DNA of 64,000 bases from Trichinella spiralis (Eukaryota), in the NCBI RefSeq assembly GCF_000181795.1, contig NW_003526947.1, positions 810,846-874,845 on the forward strand, in the 5' to 3' direction. The first letter of the stretch is position 1. The number at the start of each line of letters is the position of its first letter. This document shows, piece after piece, positions 38,621 to 52,817 of the stretch. Below the pieces are notes generated by a model. That model saw only the letters and a list, made by a program, of their open reading frames with translations. It was not told where the DNA came from and made no database searches. Position numbers and translations under genes: made by a program.

Positions 38621-41600
38621 ATGAATCGAATTGTGAGAAAAATTTCCAATACTCTTGGAGTGACCAATCAGCCGAGAAAGGATTCTTTCCTTGATCCCAG
38701 AAGTAAATATCCTTTTTTGTTTGGTTTTCTATTCGAAAAAAAATTCAATTCATCTTCATTTGCAGGTGATTTTCTGGTCGACTCTTTAACAATGACACAA
38801 AAAATTCAAATCGGACTTGGAGAAAATGGTATTCATCATTTGCATAATATTTGTAAAACATTTGGCTTGTATTCATTTTCCCTTTCCCAGGTACAGTGCA
38901 ACGGCTTTGTAGCATCATGGAAGAAGATGCCGTTGGTCCTAGTGAAAATTTGCCGCATCCAATCTTTTGCGAGATGCTCAAACTGTCAGATATTAAAGAT
39001 GAAAATCGATTCAGTGCTGCCTGTTGGCGTGAATTATCACGATGGATAAAATATGAAGAGATGGTAGAAACAGGAAGCAGTAGATGGTCAAAGCCGCATA
39101 TCACTCTGCTAACTTTGCAAAATCTTCTTCAATTAAAAAACAGTCTCCGTTCGTGCGGAGAAATATTGCTGGACGTAAATGCCGACAGTTTTGCAGTATT
39201 AGCCGGTATGATTTTGTTGTTGCTGGATAAAGTGCAGTTTCTGAACATCTCATTTCATCGTGTACAGACAAGATCACAGAAAGCTGGGGAAAGAGCGCCA
39301 GTTTATCGAGAGCAGAAATAAAGCAATGCAAAGAAATACTTATGGCACCAAAGTATCATTTGATCGGTAGCAAATTTGGTTCTGGAAAAGAAAGTATTGA
39401 ATATTTTTTTTTCTTGCTCACATTCACTGGCCTGCAGCACCACGTTCGTTTAGGTAGCGGTAGTGGAAATGATTCGTTTTATAATCTGCTCGAGCCACTA
39501 CATGAAGAAAGCATAGCCGCTATAGCGAAGGGTGATAAAACATACGGTACAAGGTCAGTTCATTTTAATTTGCTGAGAAAATTGCAAAAAGATACAGAAG
39601 GTGCATGCATACTAATTGGAAGTCCAGACTTTCTCACATATCCACTGGTTCAGTTTGTTCGACTGAAAACAGCTACAGTTATGAAAAACTTGTTCGAGGT
39701 AAGTAACTTTAATTCTAATTTTCAACTGAATACTTATTGATTTGTAAATGTTAATTAACATTTGATAATACATAAAGTAAAATAGTGTCGTTTAAAAATG
39801 AAATCATTTTACATTTTTGCATATGAACGTTTTTAAAAAGAATATTCATTTGAAATAATTTTATTTTAAACTTTTTACATTTTTGACTCAATAATTGTGT
39901 TATTTTATTTAATTGTACAATTTAATTTTGTTAAACTTTATCTTAGATTCCCATTCCAACAAGATTTCTATATATACTTTTGATTCCTAAAGATCACATG
40001 GCAAGAGATTCGGATACAATTGGGCGATGTATGGGAACATTGTTTGTCGATGAAGTTTGTTTATTTTGCGCACGTTTATTAAAATTTTTCCAAATAAGCA
40101 ATTTGATGTCTTACATATTAAAGACAAATTGAAGTTTATATCCAAAAAGTTGCATAACGTTGAAGAATCATCCGTTTTTTTTAATTAATTCTTCATCGTA
40201 CAATATGCATTTTAAGGTCTTCAGTCATATATGCTACAAAGCAAAAGATAATCTTCATTTATGCTATGGAATTGATGAATTTCTCAGTCAGTCTACTATT
40301 GTTCCGGCTGGAAGATTGAGCACCCAAAATCGTCTTGAGCCGCATGACAATCTTTTGCCAGTAAATAATTATTTTCTCGATTGAAGAGATTTCGAAAAAT
40401 AAAGATTAAGTAAATTAAGATTTGATAAAGCGTTCGCATTTATAGCAAAAACGTTGCTTTGGCGGTCAGCCAACAGAATTGATACGATCCCTGAGTCAAA
40501 CACCAGAAACTGAAGTGAAGCTTCACCGAACGGGAAAGTAAAATAATTTCTTTTTCTGCAAATAATAAAAATTTCAAATATCGTTGATTATTAAACTACT
40601 GCAGGCTTTTCGGTGGTCTAGTGGAAGATATAAAAACAAAAACTCCATGGTATTGGAGTGATTTTCGTGATGCATTTCGTGGACGAATAACGCAAACAAT
40701 TGCAGCAGCTATATTTTTATTTTTTGCTAATGTTTCCAAAATTATTACATTTGGAGGTGTTATGGATCATGTTTTGCACAAACAGATGGTAAATAATAGT
40801 AATAATAATGATAATCGAAACTGAAAATGTTATTTAAATTCAATTATTATATTATGGAAAAATTAAAAGAATTAAACAATCCATTAGACAATATTTGTAT
40901 AATACGTTTTAAATTTCTTATTTTTATGGCGCTATTGAAAACATACTCGCTGGTGGAGTATGTGGAGTAATATACGCACTATTTTCTGGTCAACCACTTT
41001 GCGTTCTATCAGCAACTGGACCTTGTTTAGTGTTTGAAGTAATTATGGATGTGCTATGCAGGTATGAAAAAAAAATGTTTTTTTTTCTTGAAAATTTAAT
41101 GAATAATTAAAAATTTTTTAGAAAACAAGGTTTCGACTTTTTACTAATCCGACTGTGGGTTGGTCTTTGGACAGGGTTCATGTTGATCATTTTTGTTGCT
41201 ATTGATGCTTCCGCGTTTGTTGCTTTTATTACACGCTTCACCGAGGAAGCATTTGCAACATTGATTTCACTTATATTTCTGGTCAAAGCAGTAGAAGAAC
41301 TTATGGAAATTAGCTATGATACTCCTGTTGTAACATCAGTGCAGGTAAGTAGAGTATTTTCATGTCGACATTTCCAATTTTGCCAAATATAAATTTTATG
41401 ATAAGAATTCCAATTGCACTATTTCCATTTACTTTATCTTTCATCTCTTCAAAAATGATGCTATGATTGAAAAATGATTAATTTGCATACTGTAGATAAT
41501 TTTGTTCTACTTTTAGAATATTTTCACCAGTCCTTGCTATTGCAAATTTTATTCCAATGACTCTGCTGCAACTTTGCACGAGCCTTATTTATTGCCTCCA

Positions 41601-43376
41601 AGCACATTGGCAAATTCATCGAGAGAAGGTAAATATTGCATGTAATTTTATCGTCAGTACCGCACTACTCGTTGTTGTTTAGCTTGTCTTTTCGATGGCG
41701 GCGTCATTGAAGGCATGCAATGCTTCTACAAGCCGGATGTATTCATGTTCTCTATTATTTTATTTTTTGCTACTTTTTTCATTGCTTTTGGATTGAAATT
41801 ATTTCGTCATTCCAGTTTCTTTTCAAGCAAGGTAATAAATAATCAGTGAAATGAAAATGTGTTTTGATGCATTTTTGTCAATAGTTTAGGTACGGCATGT
41901 TGTTGCAGATTTCAACGTCACGATTGCAATTTTATTAATGACAGCTGCAAAATGGGCAGTAGGAACGGACGTTCCGTGTCTTGAAGTACCGGACAAATTG
42001 AACGTAAGAATTAATTTCATATAAATTGAAATTCAACGGTAAATTTTACTAGTAGATTTTTATTAAAATAGCATATTTATGATTTTTTGGTTAAACAATA
42101 AATTGTAATATTGGAGATTTCAATTGAAAATATATCATCCAACTGATGACACTGCGCTACAGATTCTTAAGTATTGTAGCCAACTAGAGAACGTGACTGG
42201 ATTTTAAATCCGTTGGACGTGAAACCATGGTGGATGGCGCTTGCTTGCTTTCTTCCTGCTTGTTTTTTCAGCATCTTGATTTTGATGGATCAAAACATTA
42301 CCTCAGTTATCATCAATCGGCCAGAAAATAAACTTAAAGTTACAAATTATTGAATTTTGAAATTTTTCGATTAAGACGACGTTTTCATAATTTTTCAGAA
42401 AGGTTATGGCTATCACCTTGACTTGGCTGTTATAGCGGTGTTGATGGTCGTCTGCTCAATATTTGGAATACCGTTTTATGTAGCGGCAACGGTTATATCC
42501 CTGATGCATGTTGAAAGTTTGAGAATAATGTCTGAAACAACTGCACCTGGCGATGCACCTCAGTTTCTTGGTTTAAAGTAGAACAGTTTAATTTTACAAT
42601 TTTATCTTATGCATCGCAATTTTTTGCAGTTTGTGTACTTTTTTGAATTCTTTCAGAGAACAACGATTCACAGCGTTGGTTGCCCACTTGTTGATTGGAC
42701 TATCAGTATTTTTAACCCCCTTTATGAAGGTAGGATTTATGAATAATATGATAATAATTTCACTGAGAGTAATTTTATCAGCTTATTCCCATGCCAGTAT
42801 TATTGGGTGTGTTTCTCTACATGGGAATTGTTTCACTATCTGGACAGCAGGTAACTTTTAGCATTTTTTAAATTAATATATTTGCCAAAGGTTGATTTTG
42901 TATTCTGTTTTCGTTTGGACAACGAATCTTAATCTTGTTCATGCCGAAAAAGCATCAGCCAGATTATACGTGGCTTCGACAAGTGCAACTGAAACGAGTG
43001 AACTTATTTACAATAATTCAAATAATCTGTTTTCTGGCTCTCGCGGTTGTCGAAGAAATTAAAGTTATTTCAATGGCATTTCCACTGATGGTAATGATGT
43101 TTTGAATTTTAACGTCGAGATTCGATTTAAAATATGCAAAAATTGAACAATTTTCAGCTGCTTTTCATGGTAGCAATTAGAAAAGTGTTGCTGGAGAAAA
43201 TTTTCACCAGTAGAGAGTTGATGGCGTTGGATGATTTATTACCGCCTTGGAAAGAGCTAATTCGCCCTAAACCGTTGCCAAAGGATGCGCATTTTGATTC
43301 GAATACGAAATTTACTGAACAAGAGCTGCAACTGTTGGATGAAAGTGCAAATGACCGATTACGTGAAGAATCATGA
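38621..43376 (+). CDS. SLC4 family bicarbonate transporter (Band 3-like), likely Na+-coupled type; ~19 exons
   Basis: WRELSRWIKYEE, SRWSKPHI, IPIPTRFLYILL, RTGKLFGGLVEDIK, WYWSDFRDA, FSGQPL, FITRFTEEAFATLISLIF, LMDQNIT (Asp at the AE1 Glu681-equivalent, as in NBC/NDCBE), KGYGYHLDL, EQRFT, IPMPVLLGVFLYMG, KHQPDY, ELMALDD. Two acceptors lack AG (see findings). Confidence 0.93.
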
Positions 43377-46300
43377 CGGTGAAAAAATGATAAAAAAATT
43401 AGTAATATAATTTCGCATGTATTATCAATATTATTGTTCAGTTTTGCATACTTTTACATGTACACCCACCTACCCACAGAAACACATTTGTTTCACATTC
43501 TATTGAACTACATGCAAAACTTGTATCTGCAGATGCTTTTCAGATTTTAAATTACTTTTATCGTCATTTAAATTTTAAAATTTTTCTAGTAGGTTTTTAA
43601 GGATGTTTTCTGGACATTCCTTTGAATAATTTGACAAAATTAAAGCAAAGTTTCATTCAAAAAAAAATATATATATGGCTGTTTGTTATTTAAATGTTCC
43701 AACTTTGACTTTACAAAAAAAATCACATATCGACTGAGTGGTTAAAAGTTGGTTAACTGACTTGCTTGTAATGATAATCCAGTTTTCTTCAAAGTTGCTT
43801 TAAAATAATTATTTGTATCATTATTTCAAGCTTTGTTAGTTGTGTATCAAAAAATAAATCACTGTTCGTATTAGATGAAAAAATTTGTGAATTTTCTATG
43901 AATTTTTTCAAGCGGAAAAATTCTGCTTTAATGAAGAACTTTAAACACAATAAATTGACCATTGTAAGCATGCAATTCGACACTTGAACATTGATATTAT
44001 TCTACACACGTCAATAACATTTTTCATCATTTACAAGTGAAATTGGTGTTTCCTTTTTGTTTGTAAAATTAATTTTAGAAAAATTACATATCATGATTAT
44101 ATGCAAACAAGATTATATAAAAAATGAAATTTACTGACAAACAATACAACCGTAATGTTATATTTATTTCATCGTGTGATTTATGAATCGTGAGTTATGA
44201 ATGAGCATCATTTGCTAAAAATATTTGCAAATTTTAATTGTATAAAAAAGAAAGTAAACAGTAAAACATTTCGGTTGAAAAAAAATTAAATCATCATTTT
44301 TACAAAAATTCGACTAAATCTTCCCAACAGCTAACGGATATAAGCTTTGTGAGCAAGTTGATGAAAAATTACCATCCAGGTGATTGAAATTTTTCTCTTT
44401 TCAATAATTATTCGCAGACGCTTTCGTCCATCTGTGCTATTTTCAATAAAGCTGAACAAAAGTTACATTACACGAAACTTTTCAATGAATTTTTACTATA
44501 AAAAATTGTTGTACAAAATGTTGTGGGAAAATAAACAACTTCGCAAAGCATATTTTTTGCAATTTATGAATAATGTTGCCGTTTTATCAATTCCATTTAT
44601 TGCGTTCAGTTATTCAAAATAGCTTCATTCTTATTTTTCTTTCGATCTTTGCCATATTTGTAATGTTCTCCGTTTGGCCTTCGTTGAAAAATTTGCATAA
44701 ATTGATAAGCCTATCGATTAAAAATTAACACCGATTTGAAAATATCAATTTAAATAAAACTACTTGCTACGAATGCAGTTTTTTCTAAAAAAAAGCTGTT
44801 CACTAATTTCAACTTTTTTTATTTTATTCATTAGTCAGTATTTGGATATTTTTCTTCTCGTCAATGATATACAATTTAAATAAATGAACAAAATGAAATA
44901 AGAACAAAATTGATGATAAATGTTACAAGTATGAAAAGCACGATAATTAATAAACGAATATACTGTTGACCTTTGATGATTGTGAAAATGAATTTACTGA
45001 CTGACGTCGAATTTCACGATGATGCAAATACTTTGGATGTTTTCAACTTTTCATCTTTTCTCATGGCAATAATTTGCTGTTCTCGAAATTGTCCAATTAA
45101 TTTGCATATTCATGATGATCATTCCAAATGGACATTTTATTCGTATGAGGAAGTATTGAATTTGAAAATTTTTATATTTTACCGATAATTTGTGAAATTG
45201 GTTTTCATCAAATGTTGTGAGTGGAATTGATATATATATATATTTTTAATATATGTTGGTTAATAAATCTTCAATTCCACCAAACAGATTGGTACAAAAA
45301 CAAAACGGCGTTGGCAGTTGAAATAAAAATGATGACAGCTGCGCAGATGCTTTTCAGTTTGATTTGTTATCAACGTTGCCATGACATGGCGGATCAACCT
45401 GTCTCTTGAAGAAATGGCTGTTGAAAAGCGGGCTTTGAATGTTGCTGCAAATTAGCTGTCATTTTCCACCGTTGAAAAATAATACTAATTATAATGTGAC
45501 GGGGAATATTTTTGTACGCGATGAATTTTCAAATTTATCAAAAATTAATAATATTTCCACAATTTAATGTAAACAACTGGGTCAGCATTGTAAAAGTGAA
45601 AATTGATTTCACACTTTATGCAAACTTTTCACCGGACATGATCAATTTTCACGCGTGTAAACTTTCATTTCTTTTCTTTATTTTTTCTTAAAAAATTCAA
45701 CGGATGCTTATTAAACGAAAAACAGACAACAATAACAACAACAACAATTGCACTGTTTATTCCATCATCGAGATCGAATCGATCGATCAAATATTCCATT
45801 GGAAAAAAATTGCAAACCAATGCACTGTATCGATTCCACAATTAACCGGCGAAATCTGATCTTACTGTAGCTTATCAATATTGTTAAACAGTAAATTGTA
45901 TGTGCCGCCAAAATTAAACTCTTCTGCACTGTTGTTCAACTAGGGTCGCATAAAAAAGCCAAAAAAATGAATCGTTTCACGTTTGAAATTCAAATTTGAA
46001 AACAAAAATTAATAATTCGTTATTGCTTCATTGTCAAAAGAAAACAAACGACGTATATTTAATCAAATTTTATGCTTAAAATTCAAAAAGGAAATTATAA
46101 TTTCCAATTCAGCCGAATCGAGTATAATTTTCAGTTTTGTAATTGAAAACCAATGCGGGGCGATGATGCTTTTCGTCGAGTAAATTTGAAATTTTTTTTC
46201 CACTTATGTGACATACTGTAACCCACATTTTTGAATATTAAACTATATGAGCATGTTAGTTCGTTTTCATTGTTGGACTGTGTGTGTGTGTGTGCGCGCG

Positions 46301-46717
46301 CGTGTGTGCTTTGGGGGAGTTTGGCGTCTTGAACTTGTATGCGGATGTTGAAACGCATCAGTGATTTCGATTATTGATTGCGATTTGATTCTTGATTATA
46401 AACAGGTTGGTTGTATTGAAGAATATTATTTGAATTTTGGCTTTAATATATATTTTTTATCCCTGAAATTGTTGTTCGAAAAGTTGTGAAACAGGGATCG
46501 AGGATAAATTAATAAATTGTGGACAAGAGCAACAGCATGTGTGATTTCAGTATGAGATGATGATGATGGTGGTGCTTTGGGGAATTGCGGAAATAGCCGA
46601 ATACACGAACTTCTTTCCGGATATTGTGTGTGTAGCAAGAAGTTGGTAGATTGGCATGGTCAGGTGGGCGAGCCAAGTGGTCCAGTTGCTGACCTGTGTT
46701 GGTTCGTTCGTGTCTAT

Positions 46718-46762
46718 TTATTATTATTATTATTATCATCATCATCAGCAGCAGCAGCAGCA
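46718..46762. repeat. Compound trinucleotide microsatellite (TTA)n(TCA)n(GCA)n
   Basis: ttattattattattattatcatcatcatcagcagcagcagcagca seen directly. Confidence 0.9.
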
Positions 46763-47470
46763 ATACAAGCATTGTCCACATGAAGGTTGTTGTTGGTGAC
46801 AGTGGACAAGTACGGTTGGGTCGGTCAGCAGGAAATTTTAGGTCGTCCGGTCGACCTGGGATGAATTATTTGGAAAATTGTCCCAACAAACCGGTACCTG
46901 GTGACAATCGATTGGTTGGTGTCGCTTTGGTCGCAACGTGCACAGCGCCGTATATGGAGAGGGCACGGGTCGGGCACGTCGGATTCCAATTGGTCAGCTC
47001 TAGTGACAGACAATTGCAACCGCATGACAACGCCATTTTGCCCGGCGCGCAATTTGTTTGGTTACTCTTGCCAACGCGTGACGACGCGCACAACTTCTTC
47101 ACTCTTCCCAACCGATCAACATGTTCCACCGTTTGCCTGCCTGCCCGCTTTGCTCCAAAATATTTTCTCCACTTTATGCAAATTTATCCTTTTACTCTTG
47201 TCTTTTCACCTTTTATCCACTCTGAGATAAAAATACGCACCACCACCAACTTGGATCCCAACATTATTACTACATCATCTTTGTTTCTATTACGCATTTA
47301 CTTCCACCTTCGCGTTTTTTTTTCTTGTCTTATTTTTTTTCTTCTTAATACTTTCTTATCACATGTTTCAATATTCACAGAAATACAACACACTACCTGT
47401 ACTGTATACATACACGCACGGATACACAAATCGATCATAACGAACACATTGCTGCAAAACATCGATCATT

Positions 47471-50400
47471 ATGAACGGCACTTTGTCTACTAGTCAAAGT
47501 ATGGATTCGGTGAACATGTGCAACGATGATGAAGTAAGTGATTGTTGCTTATTATTATCCTCCGTCTGCTTGTTCACTATTCGCTTGATTCATCTATTCA
47601 CGGACACAATTTTATGCACGATTATTTTTCATATATTCACAAATGAGATGATTGTATATTTTCCGTCATCAACAATTTCAACACTAATCTGTAATTTTAT
47701 CCACTCTATGATTACTGTAAAAATTGATGCAGATACATGATAACGATGACCATGATGACATTGCCTCGTTTTCTTTGTTCATTGTTAAGCTGCATTGTAG
47801 TCCAGGTAAAGAATTGGAACACGTCAGACAATGGAAATGAAATCCGGCATGCTTTTTTTTTCCACCAAAGAACAATTGTCTACAATTTACTGTCAATCAT
47901 ATTCATATAATACTACATTTAATACATTTAATAATAATAATCTACTTTTCATTTGTTGTATAAAAGAATAGGGTGAAAAAAAAACAGAAAGATTTGATAG
48001 AAAAAATCGGTCATCTATCCACCTGTCTATGCTAATTGTTGTTTGCAATCTTTATGATAATTCTGACTGTCTGTTTCTTCTGGGGCAATTTGTTTGAAAA
48101 ATATTCCAACTTGTTTATTTATTTATGCTCTTTTAACATACCTCCATTAAATGGAAGATGGGTAGGCGTTCTTTTCCAAATAGTAAAGTTTTCAAAACTG
48201 TCAATTACGCAAAAATTGTGACGCAGCTTTTATGCAAAAAGCACAACCAGTCAGTAGTAGTAGTAGTATTCGCTTGTCTTTTTCACATTCCAGTTTATAT
48301 CCTCCTCCTGTGAATTTAATATTAATTTTTGTTATTTTTTAAAAATACTTCAACAACCATATCCCACTACAATTTACTTGTTTACACAATTAGAATCTTG
48401 TTTACACATTTTTCAATGTTATGACTCTTATTGACAGACAGCTAAGTGAAAAAAAGCCAAATTGTCAGCTTAATAAACTAGTTTTTACCATTCAAGTCCA
48501 AACTCTTTATTTGTTCTCTTCCATCCGTTGCATTTCTATTATTCTATACATGCTTGGTCACTACTTCATTGTTACGCCATTATTTTTATTCTTCAGACAA
48601 TTTAATTTCAACCAATGACCTTTGCATAAAATAACAAAATATTCAAATTACTTTCTTTGATGAATGTACACATTTTTTACCGATGGGAAGTTCATCTTTG
48701 GATATGATTGGATGAATTTGTCGTTCAATTTAAATATATTTTCCATACCAGCAGAATTATGTAAATTTTTTTTATATTTTGATGAATAGTAATATATAGT
48801 ATTGTTGGTGTTTTTTTTTCAAGTTAATTATTTTCATTCAATTTAAGTTTTCCAGTGAATTATTACCGACGATGTTGATTGATGTTGTTGTTGCTTGCGG
48901 GTGTTGTTTTGATTTTTATCATGCTTTTGGTGCAAATTGACATGGGACGTTCAATTTTTCACGTTTAAATTTTTTATCAATCCAAATGGTGGTATATATG
49001 GATAATTTTTTTTCATATAATTTTTGATTTTTTTTATTTCTTGATGGAAAATTGTTGTATTGAAAACGTGCTTTGCGTGGTCACGTTTTCTGTGATGTCA
49101 AAGTTGGAAAAATTTCCGTCTATAATCATCCTTGAGTAGGAGATTCGTTCAAGGAGAGAAAGTAATTGCGTGTTAATTTTTCGAAAACAGGCAACGGAAA
49201 TGATTGAAATGTTAAATTTTATTGGGCTTTTTAATTTAATAATAATAATTTTCTATAAAGAGCAACGTTATGTGATGTAAAATGAGTTGGTAGAGAAATT
49301 GAAAAACAAATTTCAATTTTCCTATTATATTTGTGTGTGTGTGTATGAATGAAAACAAATTTCTAATAATAAATAATAATGGTGATAATGGAAAAGCATC
49401 GGACGGGTTGGAAATGTGGCAACAACGGAGCAAGCAGGTTTTGCTTATTCTTTTGTCCAAAATATGCACGACTGCATACGTATATCAGGTGTATGTAATA
49501 TTTATGTGTAAAGTTGATGTCAGGGCAGATTTTTTAAAAACGACGTTGAAGTGAAGAGAAGTGGTCCATTTTGCATTGTCGCTTTGTGAAAATTAAACGC
49601 AAATTGACTTGCAATTGACAATTAGACCAAGGACAATTCCTACATATACTTGTCAGCACAGGTTGGTTGTATCAAGGTTGTTTATTGGGCGAAAATTTTT
49701 TCTTACTATAATACTTTTTGTTTGTTGTTCAATTTTAAAAATATTATTTATTATTGTTGTTGTTGTTACTTTTATAATAATGAAATACATTAATGACAAG
49801 GTTAAGCAGAATTGGAAATGTTTCAATTTGTGCAATAAATTTTCAATATCATTATTCTTCTTCTTCTTCTTTTATACGTTTCGAATTGAATACAACAACA
49901 GCTGCTAAATTTCACATTGAAACTTTTCTTCCAAGTTTTTGCGAAAACATGTGGACTTTTTCATGGTGTTTTTTTGCAATAAAAGAAAATTAAAAAATTT
50001 TTCAAAGTTACTTTGAAAAATATGTTTCAACCAAGTCAGTCATCTAGTTGGTCAGTTTGCTGTCTTTAATCTCTTTTTGATGAATAATTGCAATTATTTT
50101 TTCTTTTCATGTTGATGTTGATGTTGACGTGCAACTGTTTTTCTATAATGTGTTGGATATTTTTAATTGAAATATGAATTGTATTCTCTTTTTTTTTTAA
50201 TTTCAAATTTTAACTACGTTGATGATGTACATCAGACAAATTATTTTCAAAATTATTATTACACAATACTAATTCAAAAATTCTCTTTTCATCGATTCAT
50301 AAATTTTTAATATTCGCAGTATAGGCTAGGTTGAATTTTTTTAAAAAAAAATTAGTCCGTAAATCCATTAACCGGATTTGGGCGCGTTTCTACTGCAGGG

Positions 50401-52817
50401 TGTTGAATTAGATTTTTTTTGCTCGTACAGTAATATAAGCAAGAATGCAGGGAAATTTTCTGAAGCGGATTGAATTTTGAAAACCAGTTTCTTTTTGAAA
50501 CTTTTCAACACAAAAACCTGCTCTTTTGCTCTCAAGGTCAAAAAATGAAATGGCACTATTATTATTATTATTATAACTGATGCAATTGGTTGTTGTTGTT
50601 GTTGTTATTAAAAATATAAATAAGGATGAATTTAATAAAAATAAATAATTTTATTTATTAAAATTTATCATAATGTTGTAAATGTAACCGATTTGATAAT
50701 AACTAAAAATATGATATCACTTTTTCTTATATTTACAAAACGTTCTCATCTATCTTTACTTGTTTGTTATTTTTTTTCTTCCAACAATTTGATGTGTTGT
50801 TTGTTCCTAAAAATTTTTCTACTTCTGTTCATTTTTAATTGATATAAAAAATTGATTTGCTCACAAACAAGACAATGAAAAAAATTACCATTTTCATTCT
50901 TAATGATCCACTTGCATTCTATTGTTGTTTGTCTGATATTCTGTAGGAAAGTTATGCATATTTTTATTGGCAATTTGCTCAATTTTCTGTGCTTGTCTCT
51001 TTCTACATTGAACATGCAAAAAAGGGGATCGATTTACTTTGATTACATTATTGATATTCGAAATGTGAGATGCTGCTATATTTTTCCAAAATTGTCCACA
51101 TTCATTGTGCAACAGGCTTTTCTAATTGAAAATGATCCTATTTGTGCAAGAGTTATTTTTGTTATTTCATATTTTTGTTGATGTTATTTTTTTTTTAATT
51201 TAGGTGAGAACATTGTTCGTCAGCGGTTTACCAATAGATGCAAAACCTCGAGAATTGTATTTATTATTTCGAGCTTATAAAGTAAATTTATTATTATTAT
51301 TATTATTATTAGTGTTATTATGATGAAGAAATAATATTGATCCATTTTAGGGTTACGAAAGTTCACTGTTAAAAGTAACACAGAAGAATGGTAAAGCGAC
51401 AACAGTAAGTAGTTTATGAGAATTTTTCTTTTTTATTTTTCCTTGTATATTTTTGATAATGTTGAATAATATTCAAATAATAATAATAATAATAATAATA
51501 ATTTTTTCTTCTTCTTCTATAGCCAATCGGATTTGTAACGTTCAATTCAAGAGCAGCTGCTGAAGAAGCAAAACAGAGTCTTCAGGGTGTGAAATTCGAC
51601 CCGGAACTTCCGCAACCAATTCGACTGGAATTTGCCCGCAGCAATACTAAGGTTTGCAAGCCTAAAGTGCAATCACCACCGGCAAGCGCGTATGCTCCAT
51701 TTCTGCATCCGATCACTGGTCGTAAGTTGCTAGTTGCACTATCACTTGTCGAAAATAGGAACGAAAATGTTGTTGTTGCCTACCTTTTTTTATTTGTTGT
51801 TTATTTATTTATTTATTTATTATGCTTCATGCTATTGTCATTTTCTCTGTTGTTGTAAAATTGCACCGTATTGTGACACACATACCAGACACACGCTTAT
51901 TTGTGTTGTTCATGTGTGCGTGTGTGACAAGTATGCTCTTGGACGTGTCCAATGTGTTGTCCGGTGCTTGACCATTTTCAATGAATGGCGGCAATGTGTT
52001 TGCTTGTTGCTTGAGAATAGTTTGTCTGATTGGTTTGCGTCTATTTTAAGATGAGTTGATGGCACCAATTTTGCACGGTCCCGGTGCGGATTTGTTCCAT
52101 CCGGCGTTGGCATCTTACGCGGCTGAATTTGCACAGACTTTTCCACATCCTCTGCTTCAGAACACACTGCAGCACCCTGCATTACCAGTAAATTCGCAAA
52201 AACAACAATAATAATTATTATTATTCAATTTTATTCTTTTTTTTAAGCCGATTCCCCATCAATTAGCAAGTCATTATCCAGCGGCAATGTTAGCAGCAGC
52301 TTCAGGCATGCCAGGAATGTTACCACCTGCCAGCTTGCCTCCAACATCTGTCAGTAGTATGTCTGCTGGACAACCGTCGACTACACTGTTTGTAGCCAAT
52401 TTGGGCGCCAAAACGCAAGAACAAGAACTGTTGGAAGTGTTCAGCAACATCCCAGGCTTTATTCGTTTACGTATTCTCCACAAAAACGGGTTTCCTGTTG
52501 CTTTTGTTGAATACTCGGTAAATTGTCATTTTGAATAATTTTTTTTTAAAAATAGTTTCGATGATTTTTATTCGACTTTTCAGGACGTGATCAATGCCAA
52601 TCATGCGTTGAACGCGCTCCAGGGCTTTGTGCTGATGTCTTCGGATCGCGGTGGTATGCGTATCGAATTTGCCCGAAGTAAACCTGCTGAAGTAGGTGGT
52701 GGCTTTGGGCGCAAAAATTAAAAACTGCGCATAAATTTGAATATGCACAAACCACCGTGTGTTGTGTTTCAGATTCGCACTGAAGAATATTTGAATGGAA
52801 CCGCAACGCCAACTTGA
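47471..52817 (+). CDS. mec-8: Two-RRM RNA-binding splicing regulator, mec-8 / couch potato / RBPMS family; 8 exons
   Basis: [21 protein letters not shown] | [26 protein letters not shown] | [10 protein letters not shown]... | PIGFVTF...[25 protein letters not shown]; Ala/Pro-rich linker; RRM2 [10 protein letters not shown]...[10 protein letters not shown] | [32 protein letters not shown]. First intron ~3.7 kb; all sites canonical. Confidence 0.93.

Noticed and set aside
43731..43760. A-box-like TGAGTGGTTAA
   Set aside because: No downstream B box or tRNA stems.
46696..47493. 265-aa ORF upstream of mec-8
   Set aside because: Starts in a microsatellite (poly-I, poly-S), has no recognisable domain, ends in low-complexity T-rich sequence and overlaps the mec-8 start out of frame. 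More likely promoter/5' UTR.
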